Below are positions 1-7,809 of a DNA stretch of 10,806 nt, one piece after another. Under the pieces are notes generated by a model. It made no database searches. It worked only from the letters and a program-made list of their open reading frames with translations, and was not told the DNA's origin. This stretch comes from an uncultured Thermoprotei archaeon (GTDB lineage: Archaea > Thermoproteota > Thermoprotei > Thermofilales > B15-G2), in assembly GCA_965367815.1 (NCBI GenBank), contig CBDUKN010000033.1, forward strand, positions 1 to 10,806. The letters run 5' to 3'. Made by a program: the position numbers and the translations under genes. Numbering within the stretch: position 1 is the stretch's first letter; each line of letters starts with the position of its first letter.

Positions 1-2613
1 CATAGCCGTAAGGTATGGAACCCTATTACTGGAGAAGTTATAGAGTATCCAAAGACATGGGACATGGCATTAGATCCCGAGAAATGGGGTATTCCAGTTG
101 AGAAAGAAAAGTTTCAATGTTGGTTTGCTAAAACTCACTTCTGGGTCCCCAGAGACCTAGACTGGCACGACTACGACCCCGCTAAAGTGAGTGCCTACTT
201 CCCAGATATAACTAATCCGAAGTTTCAAGAGCTTTTACTGAGCTGGGCATATAAGCAGATAGACTGTGGTGTAGATGCTATATGGATAGACATGCTATTT
301 GCTCAAGTACACTTTCTCGCTAAGATGACAGGGGATGAAAACCATATAGCCGTCAGAGAATCTCTTGAGGCTGTATGTCAGATAGTAGATGCAATACATG
401 AGTATGGGCTCTCAAAAGGTCGCTATATATATGTAGGGAGCTGGCCTCTAAGCCTCAAATCGCCCCATAAGGTTCCTAAACTAGACTTCATCACAATCTC
501 TCCCACTTCAAGAGAAATACTATATATGGATCTTAATGAGACTAGGTACGACACAATAATAAAGACGGTGAAAAATTTATGGGGAGAAATACCTATCTTC
601 GCCTTCATAGACTGGGCTGCTACTACAAGAACTCCTCTAGGAGTTTTCAGCCAGAATTTAACAAGAGAACAGCAGTGTGAATTCCTTAAAATGGCCGACG
701 AATTCTTCCAGAGTAGGGGTATAAACTTCATCTATCCAGTACATGGAGGATTTCTTGGAATAAATGCTACAGTAAAAGCTTTCGGTAAGTTTAATACCTA
801 TGACTCTCAAGCACCTGAGTTCAATACATATGAAACTATACTAGAGTTAGCGTATAAAAAGGCACTAAGGGGAGCACCTTCAGAAGAAACTTCGTGGAAA
901 GAAGGAATAGTTGATGTCATAGACCTTAGAGGAAGTAATTTAGAGACAAGACTTATGGTATTAAGTCTTCAGGGAATAGTGAATAGAAGAAAGCCCTCAA
1001 TTTATGTCCTGTGGGAAAGTGCGCACTTAAGACCTACAGCTTCCGAGAGATGGTTAGAGTATTATAAGAGTAAGGGGTGGATTAAAGGATATAGGATTAT
1101 CGACGTCTACGATGCTATTGAGAAGTATAAGCACTATTTGAAGGGAATAGTTGTATACGATCCAGAACTTCCTGCAACCATAAATCTCGCTGTCTCTCTA
1201 GCGGGTGTAGAAGATCTAATTATAGCACACCCAAGTATGCTAGAGAAGTTAATAGAGCTAGGACTGGAAGTGAAGTATGATCTTCGAAATAAGTTTAAAG
1301 ACCGGATAGATGCTCATAAATGGCAATTAGAAAATGTATTTCCAAGATGTAGTAAAGATTTGATAAACCTCTTTCCGACTATGAAGAGAATAGCAATATA
1401 CAGAGTGTCGATAATAGACTATGTAATAGCTAATAAGGGGTGCTCGATAGGTCTGAGTGTAAGAAATGAGTCTTCGTTAATAGGTAAATACTATAGTAAA
1501 ATGAACAAGTTTGCAGTAGCAATAGGATATCCAGAAGGCCCAAAGTGGGAGAGAGCGTGGGTATCTCTAACATCTAAGTATGGCCTACTTAATTTACTGG
1601 CTACGGCCTTTTCTCCCAACTTCTCCTTTCATTCCAAAATACCAGCTAAAAAAGAGTATAAACAGGAGCATAAGTTTGAAGTAAAGGTAGATCCAGGCAA
1701 GATCTATATAGCCTTTGCAGTCTCAGATCTAGGGCTCAACGTAATGCATGACTTTTACTATGAAATGTGGTTAAGTGAAGGGAGAGGAGAGATTCCCGTT
1801 AGTTGGTGGTTAGATCCTATAGTTGTAGACCTATGTCCAGGAATAGTACAATACTATTATGAGACCAAAACTCCTAGTGATTACTTTTTCTCAGCCCATG
1901 TAGGAGGGAGAATTAGACCATCTGACTTCCCATACTTAGAGGAATACTTACATAGAGGACAAAAATACTTAGATAGATGTTCATTAAAAGTAGTAGCATT
2001 TAGTAATCACAATAAAAAGGATGAAAAAGTATTCAAACTCTACTCAAGTATACTCAAGGTAGAGGGATTCTCTTTTGGATTCGGTCCAGAGTTTGAAGAA
2101 GATTACTGGTTTGTAGACGATAAGGTCTGGATCGTTCCCAGATACATGGGAGATCCTAAGAAATTGTATGATGCCTTAGTAAAGTATATAGACTCAAAGT
2201 CTAAAAAACCTTTATTTATAATAGCTGGTATAGGGCTATGGTACTATCCAAAAGTTAAGGATTTAATAAACATTAAGAAGAAACTAGAGGAAAAGTATGG
2301 AGATCAGGTAGTGTTCTGCCGAATTGACGAACTAATAGGCGCTATTAAACACTACAAACTATTAGAGGAAAAATCAGCAATAGAAATGAATAGGTTTCGA
2401 CTACTCTTACTTATAGTTATCGTAGTTATTACTTTATTGCTGATATTGTTTTATTTCAAAACTAGAAATTACAAAGTTAGAAAACTTAAATTTAAATTCT
2501 CTAAAGATTTTATTAACTCTCAACACTCCAATGTGTGCGGGAAGAGAAGAGATAGTAGTTCAGAAAATTTTGTGTACAGTAGTATTTTCCTTTGTTTCGC
2601 AAAGCTCTTGTAG
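1..2613 (+). CDS. 5'-truncated membrane-anchored putative glycoside hydrolase: N-terminal TIM-barrel GH-like domain, GxGYxYP-family region and C-terminal TM anchor
   Basis: Frame 1 is open from base 1 (HSRKVWNPITGEVIEYPKTWD) into the ATG at 64, so the true start is probably upstream of the window. The N-terminal part has 'KQIDCGVDAIWIDM' (GxDxxxxD, typical of GH TIM barrels). From ~900 on it has GxGYxYP-like blocks: 'SLQGIVNRRKPSIY', 'GIVVYDP..ATINLAVSLAG', 'ERAWVSLTSKYG', 'YIAFAVSD', 'RGEIPVSWWLDP', 'PGIVQYYYETKTPSDYF'. A hydrophobic helix LLLLIVIVVITLLLILFYF (2401-2457) is followed by a basic tail. Families were assigned by motif recognition only. Confidence 0.75.
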   Translation, partial: HSRKVWNPITGEVIEYPKTWDMALDPEKWGIPVEKEKFQCWFAKTHFWVPRDLDWHDYDPAKVSAYFPDITNPKFQELLLSWAYKQIDCGVDAIWIDMLFAQVHFLAKMTGDENHIAVRESLEAVCQIVDAIHEYGLSKGRYIYVGSWPLSLKSPHKVPKLDFITISPTSREILYMDLNETRYDTIIKTVKNLWGEIPIFAFIDWAATTRTPLGVFSQNLTREQQCEFLKMADEFFQSRGINFIYPVHGGFLGINATVKAFGKFNTYDSQAPEFNTYETILELAYKKALRGAPSEETSWKEGIVDVIDLRGSNLETRLMVLSLQGIVNRRKPSIYVLWESAHLRPTASERWLEYYKSKGWIKGYRIIDVYDAIEKYKHYLKGIVVYDPELPATINLAVSLAGVEDLIIAHPSMLEKLIELGLEVKYDLRNKFKDRIDAHKWQLENVFPRCSKDLINLFPTMKRIAIYRVSIIDYVIANKGCSIGLSVRNESSLIGKYYSKMNKFAVAIGYPEGPKWERAWVSLTSKYGLLNLLATAFSPNFSFHSKIPAKKEYKQEHKFEVKVDPGKIYIAFAVSDLGLNVMHDFYYEMWLSEGRGEIPVSWWLDPIVVDLCPGIVQYYYETKTPSDYFFSAHVGGRIRPSDFPYLEEYLHRGQKYLDRCSLKVVAFSNHNKKDEKVFKLYSSILKVEGFSFGFGPEFEEDYWFVDDKVWIVPRYMGDPKKLYDALVKYIDSKSKKPLFIIAGIGLWYYPKVKDLINIKKKLEEKYGDQVVFCRIDELIGAIKHYKLLEEKSAIEMNRFRLLLLIVIVVITLLLILFYFKTRNYKVRKLKFKFSKDFINSQHSNVCGKRRDSSSENFVYSSIFLCFAKLL

Positions 2614-2831
2614 CTATGTCCCCTCTACTATACATAGACATAATCATATATAAAACTATTAGAAAAGTAGTCCTTAATGTAAGATAAACTCTGAGAATGC
2701 TAGCTAAACTTCGTCTTAAGTATATTCAGTAGTTATCTTAATTAATAATGTAGATTTAATTTTAATTGAATATCTTTAGATATTTTCTTAAAAGTAGAAT
2801 TACAGAACCCTATTGATTCAACACCGCTATC

Positions 2832-2839
2832 TTTATATA
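2832..2839 (+). promoter_or_regulatory. Putative archaeal TATA box for the ArsR operon
   Basis: TTTATATA at 2832-2839, about 60 nt upstream of the ATG at 2901, in an AT-rich intergenic region. Confidence 0.5.
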
Positions 2840-2851
2840 CGTCAAATTTAA

Positions 2852-2867
2852 TTCTACTATAATAGAA
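2852..2867. promoter_or_regulatory. Putative ArsR operator (imperfect palindrome)
   Basis: TTCTACTATAATAGAA matches its reverse complement at 14 of 16 positions and lies just downstream of the TATA box, around the expected transcription start. Confidence 0.45.
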
Positions 2868-2900
2868 ATAGATTTGATTAGAATAGAATTGGGTAAGAGT

Positions 2901-3491
2901 ATGGGCGAAAAGGATAAAGTAGATGAGCTTCGTGAGTCGCTGCGAGAGCTAAAGAGAGAAATAGAGAGGCTTAGAGAAGAGCTTCATAGGCTGAAGGAAA
3001 GTAGAGCTGATGAAGAAAGAGAAGAGTATATGACTTATCCTAGGAAGAGAGTATTCATAGGGTTGGGCGAGTTTATAGGAGATCTAGTTGAAGATATCAT
3101 GGAAGGTGTCAGGGAAGAAATTGAGAGAGCTGTTTTCATAGGTCCTAGGGGAGTAATAGTTGCTAGGGGGAAGCAGAGAAGAGTAAGAGAGCCAGTAGAC
3201 TTTAATGAGAAGCAGGCAGCTAAGCTTCTAGAAGCTCTGGCTAATGAAAATAGACTCAAGATACTTAAGTCTCTCTCCCGTGGAGGTAAGTATCTTAAAG
3301 AACTACAGGAGGAGCTACCCGGTATTTCCGCGGGGACTCTTTCAAGTCACTTAAATGTACTGGAGGAAGCAGGACTAGTAGTTCAGGAGGCTGTTAGAGG
3401 AAGATACTTAATTACACTACCTGGCCGCTTCGCGCTAAAAATGGTTTCAAGTCTAGTGAGATACCTAGGTGAGTTTGATGTGGAAGATTGA
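2901..3491 (+). CDS. ArsR/SmtB-family winged-helix transcriptional regulator with N-terminal coiled coil
   Basis: The C-terminal 'LLEALANENRLKILKSLSRGGKYLKELQEELPGISAGTLSSHLNVLEEAGLVVQEAVRGRYLIT' is a canonical ArsR wHTH. The N-terminus has a heptad pattern, 'VDELRESLRELKREIERLREELHRLKE'. ATG 2901 (preceded by GGGTAAGAGT) is preferred over TTG 2874. Confidence 0.88.
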   Translation: MGEKDKVDELRESLRELKREIERLREELHRLKESRADEEREEYMTYPRKRVFIGLGEFIGDLVEDIMEGVREEIERAVFIGPRGVIVARGKQRRVREPVDFNEKQAAKLLEALANENRLKILKSLSRGGKYLKELQEELPGISAGTLSSHLNVLEEAGLVVQEAVRGRYLITLPGRFALKMVSSLVRYLGEFDVED

Positions 3492-4065
3492 GCCTAAAAC
3501 CTTTGAGCTGAAAGAAGAGACAGAGCTATTTAGAAACACTAAGTGCTATCTCAAGGTAAAGCAGGGAGCAAAAGTACTTAAAGTATCTTATAGAGATAGA
3601 CACGTAGGCTACGCGTTTAAGGGGCCAGTAGAGTACGCAGTAGACACTGTAATTGAAACGTCTCAAGGCGCTCTAGGAAAGTCAGTTAAAGTAAGTAGAG
3701 AAGACATAGTCTTAGTCTTCATGAATCCTCTCCCTAAGCTAAAGCTTAGGGAAGCAGAGGCAGACATAGACTTCATTGAGGAAGTACTCGATATGTGTGA
3801 GGAACTAGCTGAAGAAAGGAAAGTAAGTCTTAAAGCTCTGCGTGGCGAATCAGAATACTTTACAGCAGTATTCCCTAGAGAAAACTACTACGAGATAATA
3901 GTGGCTAAGAAAGACAAATTAGTATATGTGACTGAAAACACAATTTATGTAGCAGCTTCTTCAAGTAAAAATATTCTGGTTTCAGAAAACAGAATAGTAA
4001 TTTCATCTAAAAACAAATTACTTTATCTTCCAAAGACATCTTCACATAGTGATTCAGCAGTTTAA
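3478..4065 (+). CDS. Hypothetical protein, predicted beta-rich, translationally coupled to the ArsR gene
   Basis: 195-aa ORF with host-like codon usage. A GGTGA RBS at 3468-3472 precedes ATG 3478, which overlaps the 3' end of the ArsR gene. No family was recognised with confidence. Confidence 0.8.
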   Translation: MWKIEPKTFELKEETELFRNTKCYLKVKQGAKVLKVSYRDRHVGYAFKGPVEYAVDTVIETSQGALGKSVKVSREDIVLVFMNPLPKLKLREAEADIDFIEEVLDMCEELAEERKVSLKALRGESEYFTAVFPRENYYEIIVAKKDKLVYVTENTIYVAASSSKNILVSENRIVISSKNKLLYLPKTSSHSDSAV

Positions 4066-4096
4066 TGACTCTTTCGAGCAACTAAAATACCGACTA

Positions 4097-4116
4097 GAAT
4101 AAAAGAAAGTGATAAA
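4097..4116 (-). terminator. Possible T-rich archaeal terminator after the MNT gene
   Basis: The minus strand reads TTTATCACTTTCTTTTATTC immediately after the TAG stop, in a convergent intergenic gap. Confidence 0.3.
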
Positions 4117-4497
4117 CTATTTATTTATCTTTTTCTCTAAAATATTACTTACTTTCAGAGCATCATATAGTATCACACAGTCACTTAGCATTTTCTTCAC
4201 AAGAGGATCCTCTAAGTCCTTTAGCTCGAAGACAATCAAGTCTAGTGAAAACCCTCTAGGCTTCAGTCTTCTAAGCTCTTCAATTAACTTAAATCCATCA
4301 CTAATCTTCTCGAAAATCACTGCCACATCGTAGTCGCTGTAAGAAACATGAGTCCCGCGGGCTCTTGAGCCGAAGAGAACAATACTGCACTTCCTGTATT
4401 TACAAGTAATTTTCCTAGTAAACTCTCTAAATAACTCATCTTGCCTTTTAATGAGCTCAGCCCGCCTCCTCAGAAACAACTCTCTTAACCCATTCAA
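4117..4497 (-). CDS. Minimal nucleotidyltransferase (MNT), antitoxin-type partner of HEPN
   Basis: 'IVLFGSRARGTHVSYSDYDVAVI' is an intact GS-x10-DxD motif, and 'SLDLIVF' supplies the third Asp strand. The start is uncertain (TTG 4497, ATG 4512 or ATG 4542); all options overlap the HEPN 3' end. Confidence 0.88.
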   Translation of the reverse strand: MNGLRELFLRRRAELIKRQDELFREFTRKITCKYRKCSIVLFGSRARGTHVSYSDYDVAVIFEKISDGFKLIEELRRLKPRGFSLDLIVFELKDLEDPLVKKMLSDCVILYDALKVSNILEKKINK

Positions 4498-4833
4498 TGA
4501 TCTCAGAGGCATAGTTAACACACCTAGATGCCAGGGACTCATTATAATTAAAGGGAGATCTCCTAAGATATCTGGCTAATGTATAATGAGGAGTAAGTGC
4601 ATCCGCATAAGTATAGAGATTAAAAGAAGGATTTAAATTAAGAGCTCTACTAAATCGTGTGCAAAAAGGTGAGTACCTGTAAGAGCTACATAAAGCGCCC
4701 TAAGATAAAACTCGACTGCCTGTTGAGCTTCAAAACAGGCGAGCCAGTATATGCCCTCAGATAAGTGCCTCTTAGCTTCTCTTAAAAAGACTTCAGCTTT
4801 TTCAATCCATTCAGAAGAAAGTTCAATAACCAC
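4457..4833 (-). pseudogene. Frameshifted HEPN-domain gene (HEPN-MNT module)
   Basis: The 5' half (4833-4633) reads 'WIEKAEVFLREAKRHLSEGIYWLACFEAQQAVEFYLRA..HDLVELLI*'. The -1 frame continues 'NLNPSFNLYTYADALTPHYTLARYLRRSPFNYNESLASRCVNYASEIIEWVKRVVSEEAG*', the typical HEPN C-terminal half, ending at 4457. The total span of 377 nt is not a multiple of 3. Confidence 0.85.
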
Positions 4834-5043
4834 TGCTAGTAATCCCTACTAACTGCTATATTTACTTACCTATAGCACTTGAAGCAACTATACTTCCTCC
4901 CTCAAGAGTTTCCATCTACTACTAAGCATTATGAAATATTTTTCGATTTCAGAGAGACTTTATTATGCAGAGATATTTAATACACCGAATAGTAAAAATT
5001 CAATAGAATTAAAATAGTTCCTACCTAGTTACATTATAAATAG

Positions 5044-5895
5044 TTAAGTCCATCTACTTAAGTCACCTGTTTTCTCTGCTTTTATGAGCGAGTACTTAAA
5101 TAAAACAACGCCCAGTGGAAGCAGAATAGCTATTTGAATTAATAATGGATGTAACAAATGATAGTAGCTATGCAGCCAAATACCTTTAGATACTGCTAAT
5201 CTTAGTGCTTCATAAAAATAAGTATGCGGCAGAATATAAGAAAGAGGTCTAATGAATCCCGGTAGAAGCTGAACAGGAAAATAGTAGCCACTGAGTATGC
5301 GTTGAGCAATATTTATGGCCCATGTTATAGGACTTCCCTGTTTAGCGTTCATTAATGTAAATGTACTAGCTGAAATTAAACCCAGACCTAGGAAAGGTAG
5401 AAGCCCTATTGCAAGAACTTCAAGTACTTGAGGAAGATTTTCTAGGTGTAAAGGTATTCCTAGTATTGCTGCAAACGATAGTAAAGTGAAAACAGCTAGT
5501 GTATTCCATACTAGTGAGGTGAGGAGGGAACCCATTATCATTCCCTTAAGTCCTACTGGAGAAGTTATATAGAGATCTGTTTCACAGCCCCAGTAGCCCA
5601 TGCCTATAGCTTCGTAGAAAGAATATAAGAATAGACCAGCTAATATATCGCCTATTATTGCTACTAAAAGGTATTCGGGATAAGTTATACCGTAAGCCGA
5701 GATATATCTGTTCATTCCCCCTTCAACAAATATTGCCATAAGGTAGTAGGCTAGTGTTCCAATAACAATGTCTATTAGGGATAAAGTAAATATTATTGGG
5801 AAAAACATCGCCTTTAATAGCCTTGTTTTTAGTGTTTCAAGAGCTACCAATAACACTATCCTAAATCCTCCTCTCTTCAACTCATACTTATCCAT
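5044..5895 (-). CDS. ABC-2 type exporter permease (copy 2)
   Basis: About six hydrophobic segments and the ABC-2 motif 'LSGYYFPVQLLPGFIRPLSYILPHTYFYEALR'. ATG 5895 is preceded by a GGTGA RBS and overlaps the upstream ATPase 3' end, so it is preferred over 5925. Confidence 0.9.
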   Translation of the reverse strand: MDKYELKRGGFRIVLLVALETLKTRLLKAMFFPIIFTLSLIDIVIGTLAYYLMAIFVEGGMNRYISAYGITYPEYLLVAIIGDILAGLFLYSFYEAIGMGYWGCETDLYITSPVGLKGMIMGSLLTSLVWNTLAVFTLLSFAAILGIPLHLENLPQVLEVLAIGLLPFLGLGLISASTFTLMNAKQGSPITWAINIAQRILSGYYFPVQLLPGFIRPLSYILPHTYFYEALRLAVSKGIWLHSYYHLLHPLLIQIAILLPLGVVLFKYSLIKAEKTGDLSRWT

Positions 5896-6937
5896 ACTCT
5901 TCACCCACAATTGCTCTATAAACATCTTCTAGTGTAGGTTCAGAAATGTTAGCATAAAGAATAGTACTTGAATACATTAACAAAATATCTAAAACATTAT
6001 TCAGTGTCTCTAAAGGATTTCTAGTTAAAATCCTCAATAGTGTTTCAGCTCCATAGCTTCTATGGAAAACATCAATATGTATTATATCTTCAATAGACTT
6101 TATTTTATTTAAGGCATCCTCATATACATTATATGCTTTAATCTCAACTACCTTACCTCTGGTAAACTTAGCTTTAAGTTCATCAGCAGTCCCCAAAGCT
6201 ATTATTTTACCATCCTTGATTATAGCTATTCTATCAGCCAAATACTCTGCCTCATGCATGAAATGAGTAGTAAAAATTACCGTTATGCCTCTTTTCTTCA
6301 TCTCAGTTTTGATATAATCTCTTATCTGTTTAGCGAAAACAGGATCTAAGCCTACTGTAGGCTCATCAATTAAGTATAGAGGAACATCTGCTATGAAACC
6401 CTTAGCCAAGGCGAGTCGCTGTCTTTCACCTGATGATAGTTTCGTAGGATTATCTTTAGCTTTATGAGAAAGTCCTACTATATCAAGTACTTCTTTTGCT
6501 CTCCTTTTAGCTTCCTTGAAATCATAACCGTAAAGTAGTGCAAATAGCTGGAGATTTTCTTCAAGACTTAAAGACCAGTCAAAGCCTCCCCAGTAGCCAG
6601 ATCCTACGAGATTCATACGCTTTTTAGCTTTAAGAGGCTCCTCGACCACATTAACTCCATCAACTTCAATATACCCTTTATCGGGCAACAGAAGAGCCCC
6701 AATACACTTCACTAAAGTAGTCTTACCAGCACCGTTTGGCCCAACTATAGCGAAAATTTCTTTTCTCTTAACCCTAAATGAAACTCCTTTCAAAGCCTCT
6801 ACAACTCCTTCTTTCCGCATACGGAAAATAGTCGCAAGAATCCAGTGAGCCTGACCTAAGCAAGTGCCTGGCCCAAATCGCTTATACTTGGGATAGCTTT
6901 TATAAACATTATTTACTATAACAATATCCTTCGACAT
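5888..6937 (-). CDS. ABC exporter ATP-binding protein (copy 2) with C-terminal accessory domain
   Basis: Walker A GPNGAGKTT, signature LSSGERQR, Walker B/D-loop YLIDEPTVGLDP, H-loop TTH and C-terminal 'EPTLEDVY'. ATG 6937 overlaps the permease stop (TAATG) and has a GGTGG RBS. Confidence 0.93.
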   Translation of the reverse strand: MSKDIVIVNNVYKSYPKYKRFGPGTCLGQAHWILATIFRMRKEGVVEALKGVSFRVKRKEIFAIVGPNGAGKTTLVKCIGALLLPDKGYIEVDGVNVVEEPLKAKKRMNLVGSGYWGGFDWSLSLEENLQLFALLYGYDFKEAKRRAKEVLDIVGLSHKAKDNPTKLSSGERQRLALAKGFIADVPLYLIDEPTVGLDPVFAKQIRDYIKTEMKKRGITVIFTTHFMHEAEYLADRIAIIKDGKIIALGTADELKAKFTRGKVVEIKAYNVYEDALNKIKSIEDIIHIDVFHRSYGAETLLRILTRNPLETLNNVLDILLMYSSTILYANISEPTLEDVYRAIVGEEYG

Positions 6938-7809
6938 TAAGACCACCAAGAGAGCCTACCATCTCTTAAAGCTTTTTCAAAACCCTTCCTAATGAGATAA
7001 TAGCTTAATGGGAGAACTACTCCAGCGTATATTGCTAAGAGTACTAAGTCTGCTAACACAGGGCTAAAGCCTAGTGCTACAAAAACACTATGTATTGGTA
7101 GAGAAGATTCTCCCGAAACAGAGCCTAGCAGTATTCTTCTCTCAGCATCAAATACGTATGTATGAGGCACTATTAGTGAAAGCCACCTGCACCACTCTGG
7201 CAAGATATTTAAAGGATAATAGAGACCCGATAAAAGTCTAGCAACTATGCTAGCAATCCAATTAACAGGATCACTTCCTCCCTTAGCTTCTAGCAAATAA
7301 AGAGTACTTGCAGAAATTAATCCAATGCCCATGCAAGCCAAAAACCCTGTAAAGAAAACAACTGTGCTAAGTATATTTAAGGGCTTAGTAGATAAGCCTA
7401 AGAGAATAGCTGTTAGTAAGTATATTAGTGTTTTAACGGATTCTCTTACTATAGGACCTATTGAAAAAGCTGTGACAAGAAAAGTAGGATTAACGGGAGA
7501 AGAGAAAAGAATCTCTATTCTTCTACCCCAAAACGCATCTTCTATAGCCGAGCGAGGAGCAGTTAGAGCAACCGAAAGCAACTGATTACATACAAGACCT
7601 AATACAATGAAAGCAAAATAATCTCCGCCATAGGCTTTAAGCATATAAGAAATATACTTTCCAGCAGCTGAAGCAATTATAGCCATTGTAGCTAAATCAA
7701 TAACTACTTGTATTAACTCAAGCACAAAATTTACTTTAAAGTAAGTCCATACTCTAAAATATCTTTTTATAAAATAATATACTATTCTTAGATCTTTAAA
7801 TAGATTCAT
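6937..7809 (-). CDS. ABC-2 type exporter permease (copy 1)
   Basis: About six TM segments; 'GGDYFAFIVLG', 'IEILFSSPV' and 'LLSGLYYPLNILPEWCRWLSLIVPHTY' are ABC-2 permease motifs. The start overlaps the 3' end of ATPase copy 1. Confidence 0.9.
   Translation of the reverse strand: MNLFKDLRIVYYFIKRYFRVWTYFKVNFVLELIQVVIDLATMAIIASAAGKYISYMLKAYGGDYFAFIVLGLVCNQLLSVALTAPRSAIEDAFWGRRIEILFSSPVNPTFLVTAFSIGPIVRESVKTLIYLLTAILLGLSTKPLNILSTVVFFTGFLACMGIGLISASTLYLLEAKGGSDPVNWIASIVARLLSGLYYPLNILPEWCRWLSLIVPHTYVFDAERRILLGSVSGESSLPIHSVFVALGFSPVLADLVLLAIYAGVVLPLSYYLIRKGFEKALRDGRLSWWS

Noticed and set aside
423-731. 102-aa minus-strand ORF
   Set aside because: Antisense shadow inside the large GH-like gene, with no motifs.
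2614-2745. Possible MITE from weak inverted repeats (TAAGATAAACT ~2680 / AGTTATCTTA 2731)
   Set aside because: Short, imperfect and AT-rich, with no target-site duplication or transposase.
3035-3259. 74-aa minus-strand ORF
   Set aside because: Antisense to the ArsR gene; its Ser/Leu/Pro-rich composition is typical of shadow frames.
4109-4333. 74-aa plus-strand ORF
   Set aside because: Antisense to MNT; Ser/Phe-rich shadow.
4625-4670. Programmed -1 frameshift restoring HEPN
   Set aside because: The TTTAAAT heptamer is in the wrong phase relative to the upstream frame. Residues appear to be missing at the junction and other motifs are decayed, so a deletion is the simpler explanation.
4860-5020. 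Tiny ORFs downstream of the ABC operon as candidate exported peptides (minus: MLSSRWKLLREEV, METLEGGSIVASSAIGK; plus: MKYFSISERLYYAEIFNTPNSKNSIELK)
   Set aside because: No convincing RBS, leader or bacteriocin-like composition, and lengths are as expected by chance.
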